Source: an uncultured Spirochaetota bacterium
Lineage (GTDB): Bacteria > Spirochaetota > Spirochaetia > SZUA-6 > Fen-1364
Direction of reading: 5' to 3'
Length of the DNA stretch: 64,000 nucleotides
Assembly: GCA_963781885.1 (NCBI GenBank)
Contig: CAWAHW010000002.1
Coordinates: forward strand, 864,001 to 928,000
Part shown: piece after piece, positions 30,466-39,100 of the stretch
How positions within the stretch are numbered: the stretch's first letter is position 1
How the letters are laid out: the number at the start of each line of letters is the position of its first letter
The notes under the pieces: model-generated
The model's database searches: none
Told to the model about the DNA's origin: nothing
Seen by the model: only the letters and a program-made list of their open reading frames with translations
Program-made: the position numbers and the translations under genes

Positions 30466-32198
30466 GCTCCTGGAGCATCGGCGAGGTTGCGCGGCTGCTC
30501 GGCGTGCGGCCGCACGTCATCCGCTACTGGGAGAGCGAGCTGCCGCTGCTTTCCCCGCCGAAGAGCCTTTCGGGCAGACGCGAATATTCCGCGCAGGAAA
30601 TCCAGCTCCTCCTGCGCTTCCGCGACCTGCTCTACGAAAGGAAGTTCACCATCGAAGGGGCAAAGAGACGTTTGTGGGAGGAGCTGGGCGCGGGCGATCC
30701 CGACATCGCCGCGCGATTCGCGCAGGTGCGCGCGGGGCTGATCGATGCGCTCATGACGGTGAAGCGCGCGCACGGCCGCGCCGAGCGCCCGGATGAGGAT
30801 GGGCAGATGGCACAGAAAGGGCTGCGGGAGCGCTACGAGGAGCTGGGACAGGGGCATCTTTTCGACTTCTGGGAGGCGCGCCCGGAGGCGATGCGCGCGC
30901 GGCTCATGGAGGACCTTGCATCGCTCGACCCCCGGACCCTTTCCGACCTGCGCGCCCGGCTCGGCCAGACGGCCCCCGGCGGTCCCGGCAGAGACGAAGA
31001 GCTCGTTCCCGCGCCGTACGTCGCGCGCGCGGCGAGCAGCGTGGACCGGGAGGCCCGCGAAGCGGGGGAGGAGGAGATCAGGCGCGGCCGCTGCGCCTTT
31101 CTCACCGTTGCCGGCGGCCAGGGCTCGAGACTGGGATTCGAAGGGCCCAAGGGCATGTTCCCGGTCACGCCCCTGCGGAAGCTTTCGTTCTTCGCGCTGT
31201 TCGCGGAAAAGCTCGCTGCCGCGCGCCGGCGCTACGGGGTCCAGATTCCCTGGCTCATCATGACCGGTCCGCAGAATCACCAGGCGACGATCGATTACTT
31301 CGAATCGGAGGACTGGTTCGGCCTGCGGGCCGAGACGGTGCGTATGTTTCCCCAGGGCGTGCTTCCCTCCCTCTCTCCCGAGGGCCATCTCCTCATGGCA
31401 CTGGACGGTGGGCTCTTCTTCAATCCCAATGGGCATGGAGGCGTCATCGAGGCGCTGCGCCGGTCCGGCAGCCTTTCGCTGATGCAGGAGAAAGGCGTGC
31501 GCCACCTCTTCTACTTCCAGGTGGACAACCCGCTCGTGCGCGTGCCGGACCCCGTGTATCTGGGCTTTCACGTGCGCGCGCGGGCGCGCGCGTCGGCGAA
31601 GGTCATCGAGAAGGCCTATCCCGAGGAGAAGCTCGGGGTGATTGCGACGAGGGCCGGGGCGCCGTGCGTCATCGAGTACTCGGACCTGGACGAGGCGCGC
31701 ATGCACGCGCGCGGTCCCGACGGAAGGCTTCTCTTCGACCAGGGTTCCATCGCCATTCACATCCTCGACGTGCCCTTCCTGGCGAGCCCCGGTCTCGAGC
31801 TGCCGCTGCACGCCGCCCGCAAGAAGGCGAAGACCCTCAATCCGACGGCAGCGGGCGCCGAAATATGTGAGAGGGACGCGGTGAAGATGGAAATGTTCAT
31901 CTTCGACGCGATCCCGCTCGCCGGCAGCGCCCTTTTTTTCGAAACGGACCGCGCCGACGAGTTCGCGCCCCTGAAGAACCGCGAGGGGCTGGACTCCATC
32001 GAGTCCTGTCGCCGCGGCCAGGTGGAGCAGGCGGCGCGATGGCTTGCCCGCGTCGGCGTGGAGGTGCCGCGGGGCGCCGACGGCCGGCCGCTCCATGAAA
32101 TCGAGATCAGCCCGCTCTTCGCGCCGGACCCCGAGGCCCTTGCCGCGCGGCGGGGAATCCTGAAGGATCGCATCGATGAGGACACGCTCCTGGTTTAG
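30462..32198 (+). CDS. MerR-type HTH fused to UDP-N-acetylglucosamine/UDP-sugar pyrophosphorylase (UAP1-like)
   Basis: N-term SIGEVA..GV..HVIRYWE...LLY...TIEGA; C-term AGGQGSRLG..GPKG, PNGHG, QVDNPL, EYSD, K.E.FIFD, EFAPLKN. Confidence 0.85.
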   Translation: MSSWSIGEVARLLGVRPHVIRYWESELPLLSPPKSLSGRREYSAQEIQLLLRFRDLLYERKFTIEGAKRRLWEELGAGDPDIAARFAQVRAGLIDALMTVKRAHGRAERPDEDGQMAQKGLRERYEELGQGHLFDFWEARPEAMRARLMEDLASLDPRTLSDLRARLGQTAPGGPGRDEELVPAPYVARAASSVDREAREAGEEEIRRGRCAFLTVAGGQGSRLGFEGPKGMFPVTPLRKLSFFALFAEKLAAARRRYGVQIPWLIMTGPQNHQATIDYFESEDWFGLRAETVRMFPQGVLPSLSPEGHLLMALDGGLFFNPNGHGGVIEALRRSGSLSLMQEKGVRHLFYFQVDNPLVRVPDPVYLGFHVRARARASAKVIEKAYPEEKLGVIATRAGAPCVIEYSDLDEARMHARGPDGRLLFDQGSIAIHILDVPFLASPGLELPLHAARKKAKTLNPTAAGAEICERDAVKMEMFIFDAIPLAGSALFFETDRADEFAPLKNREGLDSIESCRRGQVEQAARWLARVGVEVPRGADGRPLHEIEISPLFAPDPEALAARRGILKDRIDEDTLLV

Positions 32199-33477
32199 CT
32201 TCGCTTCTCTTCTGTTCCTGATGGCAGCCTCGGTCGGCGGCGCGCAGGCGTCGGGTCTCGGAGCCGCTGTCCCCCCCGCCGCGCTCCCGGAAAACTGGGA
32301 GGCGCGGCAGGCCATGCAGGACACGATTTTCGCCCCGCTCGACGAGGTCGCGCGCGCGCGGCAGACCGTCCTCACCCAGACCGGCGGCACGCGCGTTTCG
32401 TTCCAGCACGACGCGCAGTCCGACGCTCTATACCTGATTTTTGCGAACCAGGAAGCCGGGGGCTATCCGCTGGACGGCGCCGGCACGTACATCATCAAGC
32501 GGAGCCGGAGGGACGGCACGTTCGTGCAGGCGAAGATATTCGTGCAGGACGGCCCGGGAAGCTATCTGCGCCTCTTTCCCAGCGGCGACCGCACGCAGAT
32601 GGACGTGTACCTTTTCGGCCAGCCCTTCCAGACGGGCATCGCGCTGCCGTCTGCTTTCGCGCGCCTGCTCACGGCGCCGGTGGCCAGCATCATCGACCTG
32701 AGCGCAGCGTCCGTGGACTGGAACGTCGTGCTCGCCCCGGCGGGGCGCACGTCCGGGGACGCGCGCATCGAGGCAATGGTGCAGACGCTGCGGGCAAGGC
32801 TGCCGGCTTTACGCGACATGGACGATGGGGCGATGGACGCAAGCGGCCGCATGGTCTACATCGCCACCGGGCAGCCGGCGGGAAAGGGCGGGTTCAACTG
32901 CTCGGGTTTCGCGAAGTGGGTCATCGACGGCCTCTACGCGCCGCTTACGGGGACGGACACCGACATCGCGATGCTGAAGTCGCGCAATGCGGGAAAGAGC
33001 CACCCGTGGGCGTCCCGCTTTGAGGAGGAGCTGGACCCGTATTTCGGCCTGGACTGGAGCCGGGGGCTCGCGCGTGCAATGGTTCAGGCACGCACCGGCA
33101 GCGCCCCGTCTGACGGACAGATCGACGTGCGGGATTCGCGCCGCGTGCCGTACGTGCGCGACGTCGGCTACCCGGTGCCTCTCTTGCAGTACGCGCTGTA
33201 TTTCCTCGCGCGCGAGAACCCCGGCGAGATTTACATCGGGTCCGTCAATGCACCGTCGGCTCTTGCCGTTTCAGAAGGGACGCCGACGCTGCGCCAGCAC
33301 CACCACGTCATCGTGCTCTTCCCGTATTTCGACGGCAAAGGCGTCTTCCAGGTGTCGGTCATGGAGCGGAACAAGGAAACGAGCCTCGCGTCGCTCAGCC
33401 GTCGTTATGGCACGGAGTTCGTGCATCTGGTCCATGTCGACTCGGACGGCCCTTTTACGCCGCCGCAAATTGAATAA
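32176..33477 (+). CDS. Exported hypothetical protein with NlpC/P60-like Cys motif
   Basis: Signal peptide; GGFNCSGFAKW and downstream HHVIVL. Confidence 0.65.
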   Translation: MRTRSWFSFASLLFLMAASVGGAQASGLGAAVPPAALPENWEARQAMQDTIFAPLDEVARARQTVLTQTGGTRVSFQHDAQSDALYLIFANQEAGGYPLDGAGTYIIKRSRRDGTFVQAKIFVQDGPGSYLRLFPSGDRTQMDVYLFGQPFQTGIALPSAFARLLTAPVASIIDLSAASVDWNVVLAPAGRTSGDARIEAMVQTLRARLPALRDMDDGAMDASGRMVYIATGQPAGKGGFNCSGFAKWVIDGLYAPLTGTDTDIAMLKSRNAGKSHPWASRFEEELDPYFGLDWSRGLARAMVQARTGSAPSDGQIDVRDSRRVPYVRDVGYPVPLLQYALYFLARENPGEIYIGSVNAPSALAVSEGTPTLRQHHHVIVLFPYFDGKGVFQVSVMERNKETSLASLSRRYGTEFVHLVHVDSDGPFTPPQIE

Positions 33478-33498
33478 CACAAGGAGCCGGAGTATCAT
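33470..33498 (+). promoter_or_regulatory. sigma70-type promoter 9 nt upstream of TPR gene start
   Basis: TTGAAT-N17-TATCAT. Confidence 0.55.
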
Positions 33499-33507
33499 CT
33501 ATACATA

Positions 33508-36399
33508 ATGGTTGCATTCATCCTGTGTATTCTTCTGTTCGTGGGCGGCGCGCAACCGGTCGCCGCTGCCCCCGCGGAAAGCAGCATGTTCGCGGAAGCC
33601 GAGAGCCGCTACCTGGGCAAGAACTACGCCGCGGCACTCGAGGAGTACACCGCATTTCTCGCGGCATACCCGCTGTCCGAACGGGTCGCCGACGTGGAAT
33701 ACCGACGCGCGGTCTGCCTGTATCGTCTTGCGCGCTACGGCGACGCCGTCCGGCTCATAGGCGGCATCGAGATCCGCTACCGCACGACCCGGTACTTCGC
33801 GTATGTCCCGCTCTGGAAGGGGCTGTCGCTGTACGCGCTGCAGAGCTATGCCCTCAGCGTGGAGAGCCTGGATGCCTTCCTTTCCGGGCCGCCCGACCCG
33901 GAGTTCACGCCGCAGGCGCTCCTGCACAAGGCCCTTGCGCTGGAGGCTCTTTCCAATGATGCAGACGCCCTTGCCAGCCTGAAGACAGTCGTCTCCGACT
34001 ACCAGAGCTCGCGGCTCTTTCCCTATGCCGCGGTTCTGCTCGGATCGCTCCTGCAGAAGCAGGCCGCGTTCCCCGACCTTCTCTCCCTCACGCAGAAGAC
34101 GGATGCAACCGGCTTCCCCGAGCCGTGGAAGAGCCAGTTCCTCCTCCTGCGCGCCGAGGCCTTGTGGCAGTCCGGTCGCCAGGATGATGCCCAGCCGCTG
34201 TACATCCAGCTCGTCGGCGCGGCGGACGACGTCGCGCTCGTTGCCTACGAAAGGCTCTTCTCCAATGCCCAGCGCAAGCAGGACCTGCAGGGCATGCGGG
34301 ACCTGACGCAGGCCGCGGAGGCCCGTTTTGCCGGACGCACCGCCGTGCTGTCCGACCTGTGGACACGGGTGGGGGCGGAGAGCTTCCGCCAGGGGAATCT
34401 TGACCTCGCGGACGCGTTCCTGCGCCGGGCCTGGAATGTCCGGCAGGACGCGCCGGTCAATGAGGCGGTGCCCATCTATCTGGCGGAGATCCTGATCGCG
34501 AAAAAGGATCCCGTGGCGGCGCGCCAGATCCTCACGGATTTTCTGGCGATGGGAAAGCCCGGCACGGGCGCCGCCATCATCCGGCTCGGGGACATCAGCC
34601 TCACGGGCGATGACTTTGCCACCGCCGCCGGGTATTACGCGCAGTTCAGGACCGCTTTCCCCGACTCCCACCGCGCGCCCGAGGCCGGCTACCTGCTTGC
34701 GTACTGCTTCTTCCGCCAGGGCAAGGGCGACGACGCCGCGCGCCTGGTGGATGAGCTTCTGCGCCAGGACGTGGATCCCGGGCTGCGCCAGCAGGTGGCG
34801 CGCCTGCAGATCGTGCTCTTCAACGGCGCGCGACAGACCACGCAGGCTGCCGACGCGCTGAAGGACTACGTGACGCGGTATCCCACGGACCTGAGGTCGC
34901 GCCTGGACTACCTGAAAGCCCTCTTCATCTTGAAAAAGAATGACGAGATCGTCACGGAGGCCGACTCCGTGCGCCGGCAATTCCCCGGCATCGATTCACA
35001 GGATCCGTACGCGGCAATCGTCGTATCCTATCTCCGGGGGCTCTCGTTGATCGCCGCGAAGGACTACGCGCACGCGACGGCAGACCTCGCATCCATCACG
35101 CCCGAGATCGCGCAGAAAAACGGTCTTGCCGTCATCGTTCCCTACGCGCGCTACTACCTCGGATGGGCCTATCTGCGGATGTCCGATTTCCCCCACGCCG
35201 CCCAGGTCTTCGACGACACGGCGGCGGCGTTTCCCACGCATGAGCTCGCGTCCATGGTGACCTATCTCGCGGGGTGGTCCCACTTCAGCGCCGGTGACTT
35301 CGACCAGGCCGCAGCCGCTTTCGCCGCGGTGCCCGGCCGCGGCGGACAGGGCGAGCTCGCGCAGAAGAGCCTCTATCTCTATGCCAAGAGCCTCCTGAAC
35401 GAGAAGAAGCGCGACCAGGCGGTGCCGGTGCTGGCGGGCATTGCGGACGCCACGCCACCGTCTCCCTGGGCCGCCGATGCGCTGTTCGACGAGGCGGGTG
35501 CCCTCTCGGACCTCGGGCAGACCGCGCAGGCGGCGGCCGCCTACCGCAAGCTCACCGACGCCTTCCCCGACAGCCCGCTGCGGGAGGAAGCCTTCTACCG
35601 GCGGGCGGACACGTTCTTCACGCACGGCATGTGGCCCGACGCGCGCGCCGCCTTCGACGACTACCGCACGCGATACCCCAAGGGCAAGCTCGTGGATGCG
35701 GCGCTGTACTGGGGCGGCCAGGCGGCGCAGAACGTCGGCGAAGGCATGGCCGCGGCGCTGCTCTGGGAGCAGCTTCTTGCGGGCTACCCCGACAGCACTT
35801 TCAGGAGCCCCGCGCTCCAACAGACCGCGGAGGCCTATGCGAAAACGCAGGCGTACCCGCAGGCTCTTGCCCTGTACATGCAATTCATCAAGGAGTTTCC
35901 CGACGATGCCCGGGCCGCGCGCGCCGACATCCGCGCCGAGCAGATCAGGCTCCTGGCAGGCGGCGAAGGCGACCGCGAATCGGCGCTTTCCGCCATCATC
36001 GCGCGCGAGACGGGCGACAAGAAGAGGCAGGCGACCATCGACCTAGCGAAGCTCTACATCTACAGTGGTGACAAGAGGGCCGACGCCGGCTACGCGCTCC
36101 TTGTGCCCGTCGTAAAGGAGGGCAATCCGCAGGGTGCGCCGCAGGCGCAGATGCTCGTCGGCGAATACTACTACCGCAAGGGAGACCTCGCGGAGGCGGC
36201 GCGGCAGTTCCTTGCCGTGGTGCTTCTTGCGAACGTGGATCCCGATCTTGCCGCCTCGGCGATCTACCGGGCGGCGGAGATGATGCAGCTCGCGAAGAAT
36301 CCCGACCAGGTGGCTGCCCTCGTGAAGAGACTGGAGTCGGGCTTCCCCACCTCGCCGTGGACGGTGAAGTCCCGGCTCCTGCTGGGAGGCGCCCGATGA
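33508..36399 (+). CDS. Exported tetratricopeptide repeat protein (CpoB/BamD-like repeats)
   Basis: Signal peptide; many A..Y......YP.S....A.Y..A repeats across 963 aa. Confidence 0.88.
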   Translation: MVAFILCILLFVGGAQPVAAAPAESSMFAEAESRYLGKNYAAALEEYTAFLAAYPLSERVADVEYRRAVCLYRLARYGDAVRLIGGIEIRYRTTRYFAYVPLWKGLSLYALQSYALSVESLDAFLSGPPDPEFTPQALLHKALALEALSNDADALASLKTVVSDYQSSRLFPYAAVLLGSLLQKQAAFPDLLSLTQKTDATGFPEPWKSQFLLLRAEALWQSGRQDDAQPLYIQLVGAADDVALVAYERLFSNAQRKQDLQGMRDLTQAAEARFAGRTAVLSDLWTRVGAESFRQGNLDLADAFLRRAWNVRQDAPVNEAVPIYLAEILIAKKDPVAARQILTDFLAMGKPGTGAAIIRLGDISLTGDDFATAAGYYAQFRTAFPDSHRAPEAGYLLAYCFFRQGKGDDAARLVDELLRQDVDPGLRQQVARLQIVLFNGARQTTQAADALKDYVTRYPTDLRSRLDYLKALFILKKNDEIVTEADSVRRQFPGIDSQDPYAAIVVSYLRGLSLIAAKDYAHATADLASITPEIAQKNGLAVIVPYARYYLGWAYLRMSDFPHAAQVFDDTAAAFPTHELASMVTYLAGWSHFSAGDFDQAAAAFAAVPGRGGQGELAQKSLYLYAKSLLNEKKRDQAVPVLAGIADATPPSPWAADALFDEAGALSDLGQTAQAAAAYRKLTDAFPDSPLREEAFYRRADTFFTHGMWPDARAAFDDYRTRYPKGKLVDAALYWGGQAAQNVGEGMAAALLWEQLLAGYPDSTFRSPALQQTAEAYAKTQAYPQALALYMQFIKEFPDDARAARADIRAEQIRLLAGGEGDRESALSAIIARETGDKKRQATIDLAKLYIYSGDKRADAGYALLVPVVKEGNPQGAPQAQMLVGEYYYRKGDLAEAARQFLAVVLLANVDPDLAASAIYRAAEMMQLAKNPDQVAALVKRLESGFPTSPWTVKSRLLLGGAR

Positions 36400-38033
36400 G
36401 GCGGCACGTCCTCGCATTGACGATTGTTCTGATTTTTGCTGCCGGCGTCCTTTCCGCGCAGGCGGCAGGCTCGGCGCAGTCCGCTGCGCCGGCAAACCCT
36501 CCGGTCGGGCCGGGGGAGCCGGAAATGGTCATGCCGCAGGTCATCCTGCAGATTGAAGACCTCAGCGTCGAAAAGGTGGAGGCGCAGCTTCCGCCCGAAG
36601 AGGAGCTGCTTCCGCCGGAAAGGTCCATCCCTGTCCTCAACGAAGGCGACCTTGCGGTGGGAGAGCCGCAGATACCCGTCGCATCCGTGGACACGGAGGG
36701 AACCGCGCCGGCGGGCAGCAATCGCTTCCTCTCCACGGACGTCGAGCTGGGCGCCGGCATGCTCAACCAGATCATGGGAACCGTGGCTTTGAAGACGCTC
36801 GGCCAGGACCCGCGCTTCTCCCTGCAGTTCCACCATGAAACGCTCGACGGCTTTGCGTTCAAACCGGCGGGATCGGGATTCAACCTCCGCAACGACAGCC
36901 TTGACGGCGACGTGAAGCTCAGGATCGGCGGCGTGGACACGGACGTCGCGGGCAGCTTCCTTGAAATGGAAAATGGCCTCCAGGGGCAGTCACCTTTTGT
37001 GGCAGCCTTGTCGCGGAGGCTCGATGCAACCGCGGCCTTCACCGGATCGCCCCTGGAATGGCTCACGTTGAACGCGGGCTTCGACGGCGGCTACGATTCC
37101 CTGACCCTCGAAAGCACGACTCCCGCGCCGTTGGGCGTCACCGGGTTACTCCTCAAGCCGTCCCTTTCGGCAGAGGCGCATGTCGGCAGCGTGAAGCTCG
37201 GGCTGGATACGAGCTACACATACCGGGCCGGCACGAGCGTCATCGCGGACTTGCAGCGCTACACGGCCAATGCATCCTTTAGCGCAACTCTTTCAGCGCC
37301 CTATTCGTTCAGCGCCGTCGGCGGCTGGTTCTGGAACAGCGCCGGGCTGAGCCTCTTCAATTTCTCCCTCTCGGCAACGGGCACGCCCCTTGAGTTCCTC
37401 ACCGTCACGCTGGATGGCGGGTACAAGGTCATTCCCTATGACCTGCACGACATCATTGCGTCCAGCGCCTATGCCTTCCCCGGAGCCCTCCAGGACGATC
37501 ACGGGTGGTTCGGCGACGCGTCGGTCCAGCTCAACCTGACCCGGGACCTCGCCCTTTCGGCCAAGATTGCCTACATGAGCTCCCTGGCCATGCCCGTGGG
37601 GGAGACGACGCAGGACCCCGCGACCGGGCTTTTCATCGTGTCGCAAGTGGCCGGCAGCCAGCTCTCCACGGATGCGGGCCTCAACTGGGGCATCACCCCG
37701 GCCTTCTCCGTCTCCGCCACCTGGACGCATCAGTACCTGTTCCCGCGGCCGTTCTTCACGCCGTCGGACACCGTCAACGCCGCGGTCATCGGTCTCGAAC
37801 CGAATGGAAGGTTCGGCGGCAGCGTCTCCCTGCTGGTGAGCCCGACGGCCTCCGACGTGCTGCAGCAGCCGGTCTTGCGCATATCGGGGTTCTGGAAGAT
37901 ATCGGACGCAGTCAAGCTCCAGATCGATGGCGATGACCTGCTTTCGCCTCTCATCCCCGGCGGCCGGTCGGACATTGCGCCGTATGTCACCCCGGGTTTC
38001 CGCTTCACCGGATCCCTCGGCATGAGCCTATGA
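36396..38033 (+). CDS. Putative outer-membrane beta-barrel protein
   Basis: Signal peptide, alternating amphipathic strands rich in G/S/T/aromatics; ATG overlaps TPR stop. Confidence 0.65.
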   Translation: MRRHVLALTIVLIFAAGVLSAQAAGSAQSAAPANPPVGPGEPEMVMPQVILQIEDLSVEKVEAQLPPEEELLPPERSIPVLNEGDLAVGEPQIPVASVDTEGTAPAGSNRFLSTDVELGAGMLNQIMGTVALKTLGQDPRFSLQFHHETLDGFAFKPAGSGFNLRNDSLDGDVKLRIGGVDTDVAGSFLEMENGLQGQSPFVAALSRRLDATAAFTGSPLEWLTLNAGFDGGYDSLTLESTTPAPLGVTGLLLKPSLSAEAHVGSVKLGLDTSYTYRAGTSVIADLQRYTANASFSATLSAPYSFSAVGGWFWNSAGLSLFNFSLSATGTPLEFLTVTLDGGYKVIPYDLHDIIASSAYAFPGALQDDHGWFGDASVQLNLTRDLALSAKIAYMSSLAMPVGETTQDPATGLFIVSQVAGSQLSTDAGLNWGITPAFSVSATWTHQYLFPRPFFTPSDTVNAAVIGLEPNGRFGGSVSLLVSPTASDVLQQPVLRISGFWKISDAVKLQIDGDDLLSPLIPGGRSDIAPYVTPGFRFTGSLGMSL

Positions 38034-39015
38034 GCGACCTTGTCATCTCCGACAGCAGCCGCGAGCGAAAGCGCACGTGGACGAGTCTTGCCGTGGCGTT
38101 GGGCCTCCATGCAGGCGTCATCATCCTGCTCGCCTTCGTCGTTCATTGGGGCGTGCGCGTCGTTCCGCCGGAGCCCATCGCCATCGACGTGCAGGTTGCT
38201 GCCGCCACCGCCGCCGATCTATCCTCGGTGCAGTCTGCCGGACAGGGCGGCGCCGCGCTGTCCGTTGCCGCGGTTTCCCAGCCCGCGCACGCAGCCACGG
38301 GCGCCGCCAGCGGAAGCGATTTCGTCATCCCCACGCCGCAGGCTGCACCGACTGACGCGCTCACACCCGCCTCGGGTCCAGCGTTCCAGGAGGCGGGCGG
38401 GAAGACGGGCGCCGCAAGTGCGCTGCCGTCCATGCCCGGGACAGGCGCCTGCCCCCGCAGTCGCGCCCCAGCAGACGGGAAGGGGCATCGGCGCAGGCGC
38501 CGCCGCGGGCGACGGTGCATCCACCCAGCGCAGCGGCAGCGCGGTCGCCGTGAACGGGTCCCCGTCGACGGGCAGTCTCGACCTCACCCAGGTGGACAAG
38601 GCGCTTGCGGGTCGCACGGCCGGAAAGCCCGGCCCGGGCGGCACGGGATCCGGCACGGGCAGCGCGGGCGCGGCAACGGCCGGTTCCGCCGGCGCCGCGA
38701 CCGGCGGAGGAGCCGGCGGCCCGGGCCCCAAGGTGATCTGGGACAAGCCCGAGGTGAATGTCGAGCCGGACACTCATCTCCCGCCCGTCGCCGAGTATCC
38801 CGTCGTGGGTGGGAGAGCAGGGTCTCAGGCTCTCCGTCACCGTCAGCTTCACGGTCCAACCCGACGGCACGATGGTCGCCGTCAGCGTGTGGAACTCATC
38901 CGGCTACGCAGACGTGGACAGCGCCGTCATCGAGGCCATACGCCGTTGGAGATTCAACGCCGCCGCCACCACACCGGTCTCCGGGCGCATTCCCTACGTC
39001 ATCACGACTCGTTGA
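38030..39015 (+). CDS. TonB family energy transducer (two frameshifts, ~38440 and ~38760)
   Basis: TM with conserved His (ALGLHAG), Ala/Gly/Pro linker, TonB_C-like V.F.V.PDG......SSGY..VD.A..A..RWRF. Confidence 0.8.
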
Positions 39016-39041
39016 CACGCGTATTTTCCCGTCCCCACGCG

Positions 39042-39071
39042 TTGACATCCGGGGTCCCCTGACGCTACTAT
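39042..39071 (+). promoter_or_regulatory. sigma70-type promoter
   Basis: TTGACA-N18-TACTAT, GGAGG RBS downstream. Confidence 0.6.
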
Positions 39072-39100
39072 TGAAGTGAAAAAACCCTGGGGAGGGGACA

